A stretch of DNA of 64,000 nucleotides from an uncultured Gemmatimonadales bacterium (GCA_963771275.1 CAVYSW010000003.1:1632001-1696000), one strand, 5' to 3'; shown: positions 18,522 to 28,377, counted from the stretch's first letter. Numbers and translations are program-made. Notes: generated from the sequence alone by a model not told the origin.

Positions 18522-21397
18522 GCCCGACCGGAAGCGCCCCGCTCGGGCCGCGCCCGCTGTCGGTCGAGCGGCTGCGCGAGTGCCTGGCGCCGCGCTACGA
18601 GGTCGAGCAGGAAATCGGTCGCGGCGGGAACGCCGTGGTCTACCGGGCCCGCGACGTGGAGCACGGGCGGGCGGTGGCCGTGAAGGTCGTGCGCGACGAG
18701 ATCGCCGTGCTGCTCGGGGTCGACCGGTTCCTCCGGGAAGTGCAGATCGAGGCGCAGCTCCAGCACCCGCACATCCTGCCGCTGTACGACTCCGGCCGCG
18801 TGGACGGCCGCCCCTACTACGTGACGCCGTATGCGGCGGAGGGCTCGCTGCGCGACTGCCTCCGGCGCGAGAAGCAGCTCCCGCTGGACGACGCCGTGCG
18901 CATCGTGGAGCAGATGGCCGACGCGCTGGCGCACGCCCACGCGCGTGGCGTCGTGCATCGCGACGTGAAGCCCGAGAACATCCTGTTCACCGCCGGCCAC
19001 GCGGTGCTCGCCGACTTCGGCCTCGCCCGCGCCATCACCGTGGCGGCGGGCGAGCGCATCACCCAGAGCGGGATCGCGGTGGGCACGCCGAGCTACATGA
19101 GCCCGGAGCAGGCGGCGGCCGACGGCGCCGTGGACGCGCGCAGCGACCTCTACGCGCTCGGCTGCGTGCTGTACGAGATGCTCGCCGGCAGCCCGGCGTT
19201 CGACGGCGCCACCGCGCAGGCGATCCTCGCGCGCCAGCTGTACGATCAGCCGCCGTCGCTCGCGATTCTGCGACCCAAGCTCCCGGCCGGCGTCTTCCGG
19301 TTTCTCGAGCGGGCGCTGGAGAAGACGCCGGCGGACCGGTGGCAGAGCGCGGCCGATTTCTCGGTCGCGCTCGCCGCCGCGGTCCGCACCCCGGGGCTTG
19401 CCGCTCAGGCCGCCGCACGCCGTCGCCGCCGGATCGTGCTCGCCGCGGCGGCGGTGGTCGCGACGGCCGCGCTCGTCGTCTGGTGGCCGTTCGCACCCCC
19501 GACCCTGGAGCGGGACCGCGTCGTGGTCTTCCCGTTTACGGAGCGCGGCGTACCGGTGGCGCAGGCCGGCCTCGGCGCGGAAGTCGCCTTGGGCATCCTC
19601 CGGTCGCTGGAGCACGCCGAGGTCATGACCTCGCTCGACGGCTGGGACCGGCTCGACGAGCGCGAGCGGGCCGATCCGGACCGCGTGACGGCTCGGCGCG
19701 CGCGGGCCATCGCGCGGGATCGCCGCGCGCGTCACTACATCACGGGCGTCGTGGAAGGAGGGGTGGATTCGGTGGCGGTCTCGGTGCGGCTGTACGACGC
19801 CGCGGCCGATACCCTCGTGCGACAGGCGAGCGCCAGTGCGCCGGCCAGCGCGGCCGCCGCGGGCCAGGTGGGAGAGACGGCGCTCAAGGGCGTGCTCCCG
19901 GCGCTGCTCGATCCCGGGTCGGCGACCGACATCGGGGTGCTCGGCCAGAGCCAGTCCGCGGCCGTGGCGCTGTGGCTCCACGGCGAGCGCGCGTACCGGT
20001 CTTCCCGCTTTCGGGACGCGCTCGCCGCCTTCAGCCGCGCCGTCGCGCTCGACTCCTCGCTTGGCGTCGCTGCGGTGCGCGGCGCCCAGGCGGCGGCATG
20101 GGTGGGGCAGTGGGGGCGTGCGGACACGCTGCTCGACTACGGATTGGCGCGGGAGCCAACGCTGCCGGAGCAGTACCGCCTGCTGGCGCACGGGCTCCGG
20201 TACTACTTCGACGGCCGGCCCGACTCGGCGGCGTCCTGGCTGACCCGCCTCACGCAGCGACGACCGGAGTGGGCCGACGGCCGGATGGCGCTCGGCGAGG
20301 TGTTCTATCATCTGGGGGCGTCCGTGCTGGGAGGCGACTCGCTCGCCGCCATCGAGTTCCGCGCGGCCCTGGCTGCCGACCCGCGGTTCACCCCCGCGCT
20401 CCGCCACGTGACGGAGCTGGCGATTCGGGCCGATCGGCCCGACAGCGCCCGCAAGCTGCTCACCCGCTACCGGAAGGTCGAGCCGGACAGCTCCGTCGTG
20501 CTGCCCATCGAGTTGATGCTCGCGTGTGTCACCCACGGGCCGGGCAGCGAATGGCAGATGGCAGCAGCGCGGGATCCCGGCGCGGTGATGAACGCCGGGC
20601 TCCAGCTTGCCGGGCGCGGGGCGCACCCCGCGTGCGCGGAGGCGGCGTTCCGCGCCCTGCTCGCGGCGCCCGACGCGGATGAGCGCACGCGATGGGGCGG
20701 GCTGATCGGGCTCCAGACGCTGCTGGTGGCCACCGGCCGGCCGCGCGAAGCCCGGGCGCTGCTCGACTCGGCGGTGCAGGCCGGCGACAGCGACGCGCTG
20801 TCGTACTACGTGATCGGCGCCCTGGCCGGCGCGCCGATGGAGCAGGGCGTGCGGCAGCTCGAGGCCCTCGTGCGGGAGGCGTTCCAGGACGACTACCGCC
20901 GCATCGTGGGCGCACGCTACGTGTGGCTGCTCGGCGTCTGGTACGCGCACACCGGCGACGCGACGCGGCTGCTGCGCGCGCTCGCGGCGATCGACGAGAA
21001 GGTGGCGCAGCATCACGCGCCGGTCGACTCGAATCTCGCGGCGGCGCTCCGCGCCCACCTGGCGCTGGTGCGGCGGGACACCACGGAGGCGCTGCGGCGG
21101 TTCCGCGCCCTGTCCGTGGTGGGGCCGCGCGAGACGTTCGCCTGGAGCCCCGCCGACCCGCTCGCGGTGGAGCGCATCCGGCTCACCGAGCTGCAGCTTG
21201 CGACTGGTGCGTTTCGGGAAGCCCTGCGCACCGCGAGCTACCTCGACGATCCCGAGCCCGTCGTCTATCTCGAGTTCCTCCCGATGAGCCTGGCCCTGCG
21301 TCTCGCAGCGGCACGGCGTCTGGGGGACCGCCGTCTGGAGCGCCAGCTGGAGCGGCGGCTGGCGGCGCTCGGGCGCGCCGAGCCGAATCGGCACTGA
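18518..21397 (+). CDS. Hanks-type Ser/Thr protein kinase with TM helix and TPR-like extracytoplasmic region
   Basis: GRGGNAVVY, VAVKV, HRDVKPEN, DFGLAR, GTPSYMSPEQ, SDLYALGC; RRRR-IVLAAAAVV TM; TPR-like helices. GTGA overlap with the upstream gene. Confidence 0.92.
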   Translation: MSPTGSAPLGPRPLSVERLRECLAPRYEVEQEIGRGGNAVVYRARDVEHGRAVAVKVVRDEIAVLLGVDRFLREVQIEAQLQHPHILPLYDSGRVDGRPYYVTPYAAEGSLRDCLRREKQLPLDDAVRIVEQMADALAHAHARGVVHRDVKPENILFTAGHAVLADFGLARAITVAAGERITQSGIAVGTPSYMSPEQAAADGAVDARSDLYALGCVLYEMLAGSPAFDGATAQAILARQLYDQPPSLAILRPKLPAGVFRFLERALEKTPADRWQSAADFSVALAAAVRTPGLAAQAAARRRRRIVLAAAAVVATAALVVWWPFAPPTLERDRVVVFPFTERGVPVAQAGLGAEVALGILRSLEHAEVMTSLDGWDRLDERERADPDRVTARRARAIARDRRARHYITGVVEGGVDSVAVSVRLYDAAADTLVRQASASAPASAAAAGQVGETALKGVLPALLDPGSATDIGVLGQSQSAAVALWLHGERAYRSSRFRDALAAFSRAVALDSSLGVAAVRGAQAAAWVGQWGRADTLLDYGLAREPTLPEQYRLLAHGLRYYFDGRPDSAASWLTRLTQRRPEWADGRMALGEVFYHLGASVLGGDSLAAIEFRAALAADPRFTPALRHVTELAIRADRPDSARKLLTRYRKVEPDSSVVLPIELMLACVTHGPGSEWQMAAARDPGAVMNAGLQLAGRGAHPACAEAAFRALLAAPDADERTRWGGLIGLQTLLVATGRPREARALLDSAVQAGDSDALSYYVIGALAGAPMEQGVRQLEALVREAFQDDYRRIVGARYVWLLGVWYAHTGDATRLLRALAAIDEKVAQHHAPVDSNLAAALRAHLALVRRDTTEALRRFRALSVVGPRETFAWSPADPLAVERIRLTELQLATGAFREALRTASYLDDPEPVVYLEFLPMSLALRLAAARRLGDRRLERQLERRLAALGRAEPNRH

Positions 21398-21418
21398 GTC
21401 CACTCGTGAGGAGGAGCC

Positions 21419-21682
21419 ATGAACGCAACCAGCAACGGAGTGAGCAAGACGCTCTTCTGGATCGTCGCCGCGGTGGTGTTCCTGATCGAGCTGCTGCTGC
21501 TGTGGCAGGTCAACCAGCTGACGAAGTACACACAGAAGCTCGACGGCTGGCTGCGGAGCACCATGCAGGTGTGCGAGGTCGTCGCCCCGAACACGATCCA
21601 GTGCAAGAAGCTGGGTGACGCGATCGGCGGTGCGGAGGGGATCCAGCCGCCGCCGAAGTGCTCGTGGGGCAAGTGTCAGTAG
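21419..21682 (+). CDS. Small membrane-anchored Cys-containing protein (87 aa)
   Basis: GAGGAGGAG SD; one TM helix; four Cys (Cx9C, Cx4C); typical coding codon usage. Confidence 0.75.
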   Translation: MNATSNGVSKTLFWIVAAVVFLIELLLLWQVNQLTKYTQKLDGWLRSTMQVCEVVAPNTIQCKKLGDAIGGAEGIQPPPKCSWGKCQ

Positions 21683-21683
21683 C

Positions 21684-21751
21684 GGCAGGCCCCCGCTGAA
21701 GCGGGCGGGGCGACCGAATCGCGTGCCGGTCGCCCCGTCAGGGGGCCCGCC
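21684..21751 (+). terminator. Long GC-rich stem-loop after the small Cys protein gene
   Basis: Inner stem CGGGGCGACCG/CGGTCGCCCCG (21706-21737) enclosed by GGCCCCC/GGGGGCC; no U-tract. Confidence 0.45.
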
Positions 21752-21811
21752 ATCGGTCACCGTCGGATCGTCTGCGGCGCTTCCCACGGCCGCGCGATCG
21801 TGCTGCGCAGA

Positions 21812-21839
21812 TTGACGCAACAGGGCCACCGCGTACCTT
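21812..21839 (+). promoter_or_regulatory. Sigma70-like promoter
   Basis: TTGACG-16nt-TACCTT upstream of the 21889 gene. Confidence 0.5.
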
Positions 21840-21888
21840 ATTACTCGGTGCAGATGCCAAGGGGTTTTCGCGGCTGGAGGATGAGCAC

Positions 21889-22416
21889 ATGATGCGTCAT
21901 GCGCTGTTGATCGGGTTGACGGGCGTCGCGCTCGCCGCGTGCGGGCAGCAGATGACGCCGCGGGACCGGGCAGTCGACGAGCAACTCGTGCGGGATCGCG
22001 CCACGGCGTGGGCGCGGACCTTCAGCAACCGCCAACGGGACTCCCTCGCCACGTTCTACCAGCAGACCCCCGAGTTCACGTTCGCCTGGCCCGACGGGCG
22101 CCGAACGAGCGGCTGGGAGGAGGAGTCCAAGGCCCAACAGGACTTCTTTGCCACCGTCACGCAGACCAACCTGGTGCTCCAGGACGTGAAGGTCGAGATC
22201 CTCACCCCGGCGCTGGCGCTCGTCACGTTCCGCCACACGGCGGATTTCATCGTCGGCGGGAGCGGTGGGAATCCCGCGCGCAACTACTTCACGGGCCTCG
22301 GGACGATGCTGTGGACGAAGCCGGATGCCAGGGGGGTCTGGATGGTCCACGCCGGACAGCTCTCGACGACGCCGGCTCCGGCGGCCGCCGCCCCGGCGGG
22401 GCGCCGCCGCGGATGA
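21889..22416 (+). CDS. NTF2/SnoaL-like lipoprotein
   Basis: Lipobox LAAC; GGAGG SD; WARTFSN..RDSLATFY, GWEE, VWMVHAGQLS NTF2-like pattern. Confidence 0.75.
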   Translation: MMRHALLIGLTGVALAACGQQMTPRDRAVDEQLVRDRATAWARTFSNRQRDSLATFYQQTPEFTFAWPDGRRTSGWEEESKAQQDFFATVTQTNLVLQDVKVEILTPALALVTFRHTADFIVGGSGGNPARNYFTGLGTMLWTKPDARGVWMVHAGQLSTTPAPAAAAPAGRRRG

Positions 22417-22544
22417 CGTGCTCGGGGTGACGGACCCGGCGGTCCGTCGCCCGGTGCAGGGCCGGGGCGACAGCCGGCAACCGGCGGCTTGTGCGCAGCG
22501 GCACAACGTCGTATCGTAACGAAACTTCCAAGGGAGCCCAGCGG

Positions 22545-23657
22545 ATGCCGGACCCCTTCCTCAATCCTGAGGATGTCGCTGAGCAGGCCCATCAACTCTA
22601 TAACGAAGGACAGTACGACGAGGCGGTCGCGGTTCTCCGCGAGGGCCTGCTGGCGTTCCCCTATGCGGCGGAGCTGCACGTCGGCTTGGCGTACGCGCAC
22701 CTGGCACGGGAAGAGTACGCCTGGGCGCACCGCGCCTTCCGCGAAGCCCTCGCCATCAACGCGGAACACGAGGACGCCCTGGTCGGGCTGGGTGAAACCC
22801 TGCTCAAGATCGGCCATCCCGCGCGCGCCCTGGAGTGTTTCGAGCGGATGCTCGTCCTCGGCTTCCAGGACGATCACGATCTCGTGTTGCAGGCGGGCCG
22901 CGCCTTGTTCCGCGAAGGCGCGGTCGCGGCCGCGCGCCGCTTCTTCGAGGTGGCGGGCAACGCGCACCCGGATTCGTCCGAAGCGCGGGCGTGCCTCGGG
23001 TACGCCGAGCACCGGCTCGGCAACGAGGACGTCGCGGTGCGCTCGCTGCGCCGGGCGCTCGAGCTCGATCAACACCACCTCGAGGCGCGCATCTATCTCG
23101 GCAACCTGCTGTACGACCGGGGGGAATTCGAAGCGGCGCTGTATCATTTCGAGCAGACCCAGCCCGACGACCACGTCGACGAGCTGGCGGTGTGGCGGCT
23201 GATCGAGCTCAAGAAGTCGATCTACCGGCTGGTGCCTAACGACCCGGAGCTGGCGCCGTGGACCGAGCGCCTCGCGGAGCTGGCCGAGCAGGGCGACGCG
23301 ATCGATCAGTTGTTCGCCGAGATCGAGGCGACGCAGGCCGACGGCACCGTGCGGGATCCGCTGCAGCTGGAGCTGTTCAGCACGCTGCTGCTCGAGATGG
23401 AGGGGATGCACCGGCGCGCGTCCTCGGTGTCGCATCGGGTGACCACCCGGGGAGGCACCAGCTATTCCGGCACGTGGGAGGAGATCGTGCTGCAGATGCG
23501 GGCGGACGACCGGAGCTGGGGAGCGGGGTCGCTGCTCGACTACATGGAGCATGTCGCCCGCCGGCACGCCGCCGACGGCATCGCCATTTCGGCGACGGAT
23601 GCCGAGGCGTTCGTGCTGGGGAGCGCGGCGGCCGGGCTGCTCAAGATCATTTGTTGA
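22545..23657 (+). CDS. Tetratricopeptide repeat protein
   Basis: Multiple TPRs (AHQLYNEGQYDEA, ELHVGLAYAHL, EARIYLGNLLYDRGEFEAA); GGGAG SD before ATG 22545. Confidence 0.85.
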   Translation: MPDPFLNPEDVAEQAHQLYNEGQYDEAVAVLREGLLAFPYAAELHVGLAYAHLAREEYAWAHRAFREALAINAEHEDALVGLGETLLKIGHPARALECFERMLVLGFQDDHDLVLQAGRALFREGAVAAARRFFEVAGNAHPDSSEARACLGYAEHRLGNEDVAVRSLRRALELDQHHLEARIYLGNLLYDRGEFEAALYHFEQTQPDDHVDELAVWRLIELKKSIYRLVPNDPELAPWTERLAELAEQGDAIDQLFAEIEATQADGTVRDPLQLELFSTLLLEMEGMHRRASSVSHRVTTRGGTSYSGTWEEIVLQMRADDRSWGAGSLLDYMEHVARRHAADGIAISATDAEAFVLGSAAAGLLKIIC

Positions 23658-23740
23658 ACTGCTGTCCTCGTCCGCCGCGCACGCCTCGCCGGGGCGCCAG
23701 GCTCTGACCCGTCCCTGCTATCTCCGCTTCATCCGCCACC

Positions 23741-26332
23741 ATGCGCTGGACCGATTCGGTCGTCCGCGAAGTCTTGCCCACGGGGCTAACGCTGCTGGCA
23801 CAGCGGGATGCCTCCGTGCCCGTGGTCGCGGTCGTCACGCACGTCAAGGCCGGCTACTTCGACGAGCCTGACGAGTGGGTGGGCATCGCCCACGTGCTCG
23901 AGCACATGATGTTCAAGGGAACCCCGCGGCACGGTCCGGGCCGGCTCGCGCACGAGACCCAGCTGCTCGGCGGCTACCTGAACGCCAGCACGATCTACGA
24001 CAAGACGGTGTTCTACAGCACGGTGCCGTCCACCGCCGACGGGCTTGCACGGGTGCTCGCGCTCCAGGCGGACGCCCTGATGCACGCCGCGCTCGACCCG
24101 GACGAGCTCGCGCGCGAGCTCGAGGTGATCGTCCAGGAGGCGAAGCGCAAGCTGGACTCGCCGGGCGCCGTAACCGCCGAAACCCTGTACGAGCTGCTGT
24201 TCACCGTCCATCGCATGCGCCGCTGGCGGATCGGCACGGAGACCGGCCTGCGGCGTCTCGGCGCCGCCGACGTGCGGGCCTACTACGAGACCCGCTACAC
24301 CCCGGCGCGGGTCATCGTCGCCCTGACGGGCGACCTCGACCCGGACCGCGCGCTCGCCCACGCCCGTGACCTCTATGGCGAGTGGCGACGCCCCCCGGCG
24401 CCGGTACCGGGCTCGCCACCGGAGCCTCCCGGCCGCCGCGCCCGGCTCAAGGTGCTGCGCGGCGACGTGGAGCGACCGCTCGCGGCGATCGGGTGGCGGA
24501 CCGTGGGGCCCCGCCATCCCGATGCCCCCGCGCTCGACGTGGCCGCGGAGATCCTCGGAGCGGGTCAGGGCTCGTGGCTCGCGCAGGCCGTCCGCCGCCC
24601 GGGCCTCGCCAGTGCCGTCGGGAGCACGCATTACTCGGTGGGCGACGTCGGCGTGTTCGACATCTCACTCGCGGGCGAGGCCGCGACGCTGCGCGCCGCA
24701 CTGGCGCGGGCGCTGACGCTCGCGGACCGGCTGGCCGACGCCGGACCGGACCCCGCGCAGCTGGCACGCGTCCGGGCGTTGCTCGCGGCGCACTGGGCGC
24801 GACGCTTCGAGTCGGCCGACGGCCGCGCCGCCACGCTCGCGGAGTGCGAGGCGCTGGGGGACTACGCGCTGGCGGATGACTACCCCGAGCGGGTGCTGGC
24901 GGCCGGCGCGGAAGCCGTGCGGGACGCGGCGCGGCGCTACCTGGCCGGAGACGCCGCGTGCGCGGCGGTCTATCTGCCGGGTGATGCCGCCGTGGAGCTG
25001 GCCGAAGCGGCCTGGCCGCCGGGCGAAGACGGACTCGCGGCGCCCGGGACGGTCCCCGTACGCCTGGCCCGCCCGCCCGCCGCGCCGCCGCCGGGATCGG
25101 CCGAGCTGCCCGGCGACATTACCGTGCTCAGCGTGCCGGGCGCCGACGTGCTGGCGCGCCCGCGCCGCGGCCTGGGTCTGGTATCCGTGGGCGTGTACTT
25201 CCCGGGCGTGACGGTGCAGGAGACCGCGGCCAACGCCGGCATCACGCGGCTGCTGGCGCGGAGCGCGCTGCGCGGCGCCGCCGGTCTCGACGCCGACCAG
25301 CTCGCGGTCGCGGCGGAGTCGCTGGGCGGTTCCATCGCCCCAATGGTGGGCGCGGAGACGGTGGGGTGGGCCATGAGCGTTCGCGCGGCGGCGGCGGGAG
25401 AGGCCCTGCAGTTGCTCCGCCTCGTCGCGGGCGAGGCGACACTCGAGCCCGAGGCGGTCGCCGTCGAGCGGACCCTGCAGGTGAACGACGCGGCCCGCGC
25501 CCGGGACGACATGTTCCAGTACCCGCTGCAACAGGCCCTGTGGGGCGCGTTCCCGGGACACCCGTACGGGCTGCCATCCCTGGGCGAGCCGGACGTCGTG
25601 CGGGAGATCGGCACGGCCGACGTGCGCGCGTGGCACGGGCGTGTGGCGCGCACCCGCGCGATCGTGACGGTCGTCGGCGATCTCGACCGCGACCGGCTGC
25701 TCGAAGCGGGGGCGGTGTTCGGGGACTGGCCGGGCCGCCTGCCGGGTGCGGCGGTCGACACGCCTGTCTGGGGCGCCAGCCGCGCGGTCGAGCGACGCGA
25801 GAAGGCGCAGACGGCGCTTGCCATGGCGTTCGCCGCTCCCGGCGCGACCGCGCCCGAGCGGTTCACGCTGTACGTGCTGGCGGCGCTGCTCAGCGGGCTC
25901 GCCGGACGCCTGTTCGACGAGCTGCGCGAGCGGCGGGCGCTGGCATACACCGTCCAGGCCGCGCCGTGGCTGCGGCAGCGCGCGGGGGCGATGCTCGTCT
26001 ACGTTGCCACCGCCCCGGAGCGTGAGGCCGAGGCCCGGGACGCCCTGCTCGAGGAGCTGACGCGCGTCGCGCGGGAGCCGATCGGGGACGCCGAGCTGGA
26101 ACGGGCGCGACGCTACGCGGCCGGCCTGGTGGCGATCCGCCGGCAGCTCGCCGGAGCCGTGGCCACCGAGCTCGTGAGCGGGTGGGTCAACGGCACGCTC
26201 GACGCGTTCGAGGCGGAGGCCGCGCGCCGCCGCGCGGTGACCGCCGAGCAGCTCGCCGACGCCGCGCGCCGCGTGTTCGAGCCCGACCGCCGCACCGAGT
26301 TCGTGCTGCGCGGCAGCGGGATGAGCCGCTAG
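23741..26332 (+). CDS. Cytoplasmic M16 family zinc protease (two fused halves)
   Basis: GIAHVLEHMMFKGT, NASTIYDKT, RLFDELRERRALAY; no signal peptide. Confidence 0.92.
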   Translation: MRWTDSVVREVLPTGLTLLAQRDASVPVVAVVTHVKAGYFDEPDEWVGIAHVLEHMMFKGTPRHGPGRLAHETQLLGGYLNASTIYDKTVFYSTVPSTADGLARVLALQADALMHAALDPDELARELEVIVQEAKRKLDSPGAVTAETLYELLFTVHRMRRWRIGTETGLRRLGAADVRAYYETRYTPARVIVALTGDLDPDRALAHARDLYGEWRRPPAPVPGSPPEPPGRRARLKVLRGDVERPLAAIGWRTVGPRHPDAPALDVAAEILGAGQGSWLAQAVRRPGLASAVGSTHYSVGDVGVFDISLAGEAATLRAALARALTLADRLADAGPDPAQLARVRALLAAHWARRFESADGRAATLAECEALGDYALADDYPERVLAAGAEAVRDAARRYLAGDAACAAVYLPGDAAVELAEAAWPPGEDGLAAPGTVPVRLARPPAAPPPGSAELPGDITVLSVPGADVLARPRRGLGLVSVGVYFPGVTVQETAANAGITRLLARSALRGAAGLDADQLAVAAESLGGSIAPMVGAETVGWAMSVRAAAAGEALQLLRLVAGEATLEPEAVAVERTLQVNDAARARDDMFQYPLQQALWGAFPGHPYGLPSLGEPDVVREIGTADVRAWHGRVARTRAIVTVVGDLDRDRLLEAGAVFGDWPGRLPGAAVDTPVWGASRAVERREKAQTALAMAFAAPGATAPERFTLYVLAALLSGLAGRLFDELRERRALAYTVQAAPWLRQRAGAMLVYVATAPEREAEARDALLEELTRVAREPIGDAELERARRYAAGLVAIRRQLAGAVATELVSGWVNGTLDAFEAEAARRRAVTAEQLADAARRVFEPDRRTEFVLRGSGMSR

Positions 26333-26389
26333 CACGCCCGCGGACGACCGCGCGCTTCCGGGGCGCACGGGCCGCTATGTTGGGGGAGG

Positions 26390-26848
26390 CTAGAACATCG
26401 ACATCGCGAGAAACGAGCGCAGATTCTCGTTCGTGACCCGCAGCCGGCTCGAGAGCAGGCGGACCACGGCCCAGAGCACCTTGTACGCGATGTCGCGGTT
26501 GAAGTCGAGCAGAATCTCGAAATCCGATCGGGTGATGGTGATGAGCGTCGAGTCCGTGTTCGCGATCGCGTCGGTGGACCGCTCCGAGCGGTCGAACACC
26601 GACATCTCGCCGAAACACGCCCCCCGCTTCAGCACCGTGAGGGCCTCCTCGCCCGAGCCGGGAATCTGCCGGGAGATCCGCACCTCGCCCTGCGAGATCA
26701 GATACAGGCGGTTGCCCGGCTCACCCTCCTTGAAGATCGTCTGCCCGAACTTGAACTGCTGCTCCTTGCAGATCTCGGCGACGTGCACCAGCTCCCCGTC
26801 GGTGAGATCGGTGAAGATGGCGGCGTGGCGAAGCAGGGCGGGGTCCAT
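26390..26848 (-). CDS. Stand-alone cyclic nucleotide-binding domain protein
   Basis: IFKEGEPG, LYLISQGEV, GACFGEMSVFD..RS; ends without an HTH; GGAGG SD. Confidence 0.9.
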   Translation of the reverse strand: MDPALLRHAAIFTDLTDGELVHVAEICKEQQFKFGQTIFKEGEPGNRLYLISQGEVRISRQIPGSGEEALTVLKRGACFGEMSVFDRSERSTDAIANTDSTLITITRSDFEILLDFNRDIAYKVLWAVVRLLSSRLRVTNENLRSFLAMSMF

Positions 26849-26883
26849 GCAGCCTCCCGACCGCAGTCGGACGCAGAAGAACG

Positions 26884-27441
26884 ATGCAAGCTACCGTTCA
26901 CGATAGGGGGCGGCAAGCGAGCCGGGCACTGGCGGGCCCCGACGTGCTGAGCCTCGCCCGGATCCCGCTCGCGGTGGCGTTCATCGCGGTGGGCGACACG
27001 TGGTTGCGTCCGGCGGTGCTCGCGGTGGCCGTGCTGACCGACCTGCTGGACGGCTTCCTGGCGCGTCGCGTCGGCCCCTCCCGGCTGGGCGTCGCGCTCG
27101 ACCCCGTGGCCGACAAGCTGTTCATGGCCGCCGCGTTCTGGGTCGTGCTGCGCAGCGGGCTATTGCATCCGCTCGAGGTCGCGGGCGTGCTGTTGCGGGA
27201 CATCATCGCCTTCCTGGCGTATCTCGCGATGGTCGTGCGGGGCCGCCCCACCACGCTGCCGGCGCGGGCGGGTGGCAAGGCCGTGACGGTGGCGCAGGTC
27301 CTCACCCTCATCGCGTTCCTGGCGGAGTCCGACCTGCTGCGGCCGCTCGCGTGGGCGACGGCCGCCGTGTCGGTGTACGCGATCTGGGACTACACGCGCG
27401 TCGGGCTCGCCGGGCGGGACGACGCGGCGCACAAGGAGTAG
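26884..27441 (+). CDS. CDP-alcohol phosphatidyltransferase family protein
   Basis: DLLDGFLARR...LG..LDPVADK signature; multi-TM. Confidence 0.9.
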   Translation: MQATVHDRGRQASRALAGPDVLSLARIPLAVAFIAVGDTWLRPAVLAVAVLTDLLDGFLARRVGPSRLGVALDPVADKLFMAAAFWVVLRSGLLHPLEVAGVLLRDIIAFLAYLAMVVRGRPTTLPARAGGKAVTVAQVLTLIAFLAESDLLRPLAWATAAVSVYAIWDYTRVGLAGRDDAAHKE

Positions 27442-27443
27442 CC

Positions 27444-27860
27444 ATGGGGTCCGATCGAGCCGTCCAGCTGACCTGGCTGGGTACAGGCATGCAGTTCTCG
27501 GGTGCCGGCACCGAGCCGGCGACGCCACCGATGGTGATCGACGGGGACGGGGCGGCGGGACCCAGCCCGATGCTGGCGCTGCTGCTCGCCGCCGGTGGCT
27601 GCACCGGCGCGGACGTCGTGTCGATCCTCGCGAAGATGCAGGTCCACCTGCGGCGCTGCGACATCGCGGTGTCGGGCACGCGGCGGGACGAGCACCCCCG
27701 CCGGTACGTCGCCGTCCGCCTCCGCTTCACGCTCGCGGGCGACGGCCTCGATCGGCCCAGGGCCGAGCGCGCGGTGTCGCTCTCGCTCACGAAATACTGC
27801 TCGGTCCTGCACTCGCTCGCGCCGGACGTCGCCATCGAGCACGAGATCGTGCTTGCGTAG
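27444..27860 (+). CDS. OsmC family protein
   Basis: GPSPM, GGCTGADV, KYCSV; AAGGAG SD before ATG 27444. Confidence 0.9.
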   Translation: MGSDRAVQLTWLGTGMQFSGAGTEPATPPMVIDGDGAAGPSPMLALLLAAGGCTGADVVSILAKMQVHLRRCDIAVSGTRRDEHPRRYVAVRLRFTLAGDGLDRPRAERAVSLSLTKYCSVLHSLAPDVAIEHEIVLA

Positions 27861-28311
27861 GGGCCACCTGGCGTTGCTGGTCGGCCTGGTGTTCCCCGCG
27901 CCGGTCAGCGCGCAGCGCGGTCACGACCTCCAGCTGCACGCCATCGGGTTGGTCGGGGGGCGGGAGCTCGTGGGGGTCGGAGGGGGGGCGGGCCTGCGAT
28001 TCGGCAGGGGGCTGCGCGCGGCGCTCGTCGTGAGCGGGGGATGGCTGGAGCCGGGGCGCGCGGGGGGGCGGGCGGAGCTGCTGGCGACCTTCCACCTCGC
28101 GCCGTTCCGCCGCGCGGGCTCGACGGTGTACGGTGGTGGCGGCGTCGCGGCGCTCGCCGCTGATTCCCTGCGCGGCTACCTCGTGCTCCTGATCGGACTC
28201 GAAGCCCGACCGGCCGCCGGCGGCGGGTGGTTTGCCGAGGCCGGCATCGGCGGGGGCGTGCGCCTCGCCCTCGGGTACCGGGCGATCAGCTATGCCGCAC
28301 GACGGCGCTGA
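27853..28311 (+). CDS. Hypothetical secreted small beta-barrel-like protein
   Basis: TTG start; signal peptide ending VSA-Q; Gly-rich alternating beta strands (YGGGGVAA, WFAEAGIGGGVRLALGYR). Confidence 0.6.
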   Translation: MRRGHLALLVGLVFPAPVSAQRGHDLQLHAIGLVGGRELVGVGGGAGLRFGRGLRAALVVSGGWLEPGRAGGRAELLATFHLAPFRRAGSTVYGGGGVAALAADSLRGYLVLLIGLEARPAAGGGWFAEAGIGGGVRLALGYRAISYAARRR

Positions 28312-28313
28312 CG

Positions 28314-28355
28314 CAAAAGCAAACGGGGACCGGAGCGCAGCGCGCTCCCGCCCCC
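28314..28355 (-). terminator. Rho-independent terminator between convergent genes
   Basis: GGGG..GGAGCGC/GCGCTCC..CCCC hairpin followed by TTTGCTTTT on the minus strand. Confidence 0.6.
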
Positions 28356-28377
28356 ATCCGAACCCCCTGCGGAACGG

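Noticed and set aside
18518..21682. Kinase plus Cys/Ser/Thr peptide as a class III/IV lanthipeptide system
   Set aside because: The kinase has a TM helix and TPRs but no lyase or cyclase domain; the peptide has a TM anchor rather than a leader.
18362..21829. 1155-aa minus-strand ORF
   Set aside because: Antisense to the kinase, which has all canonical motifs.
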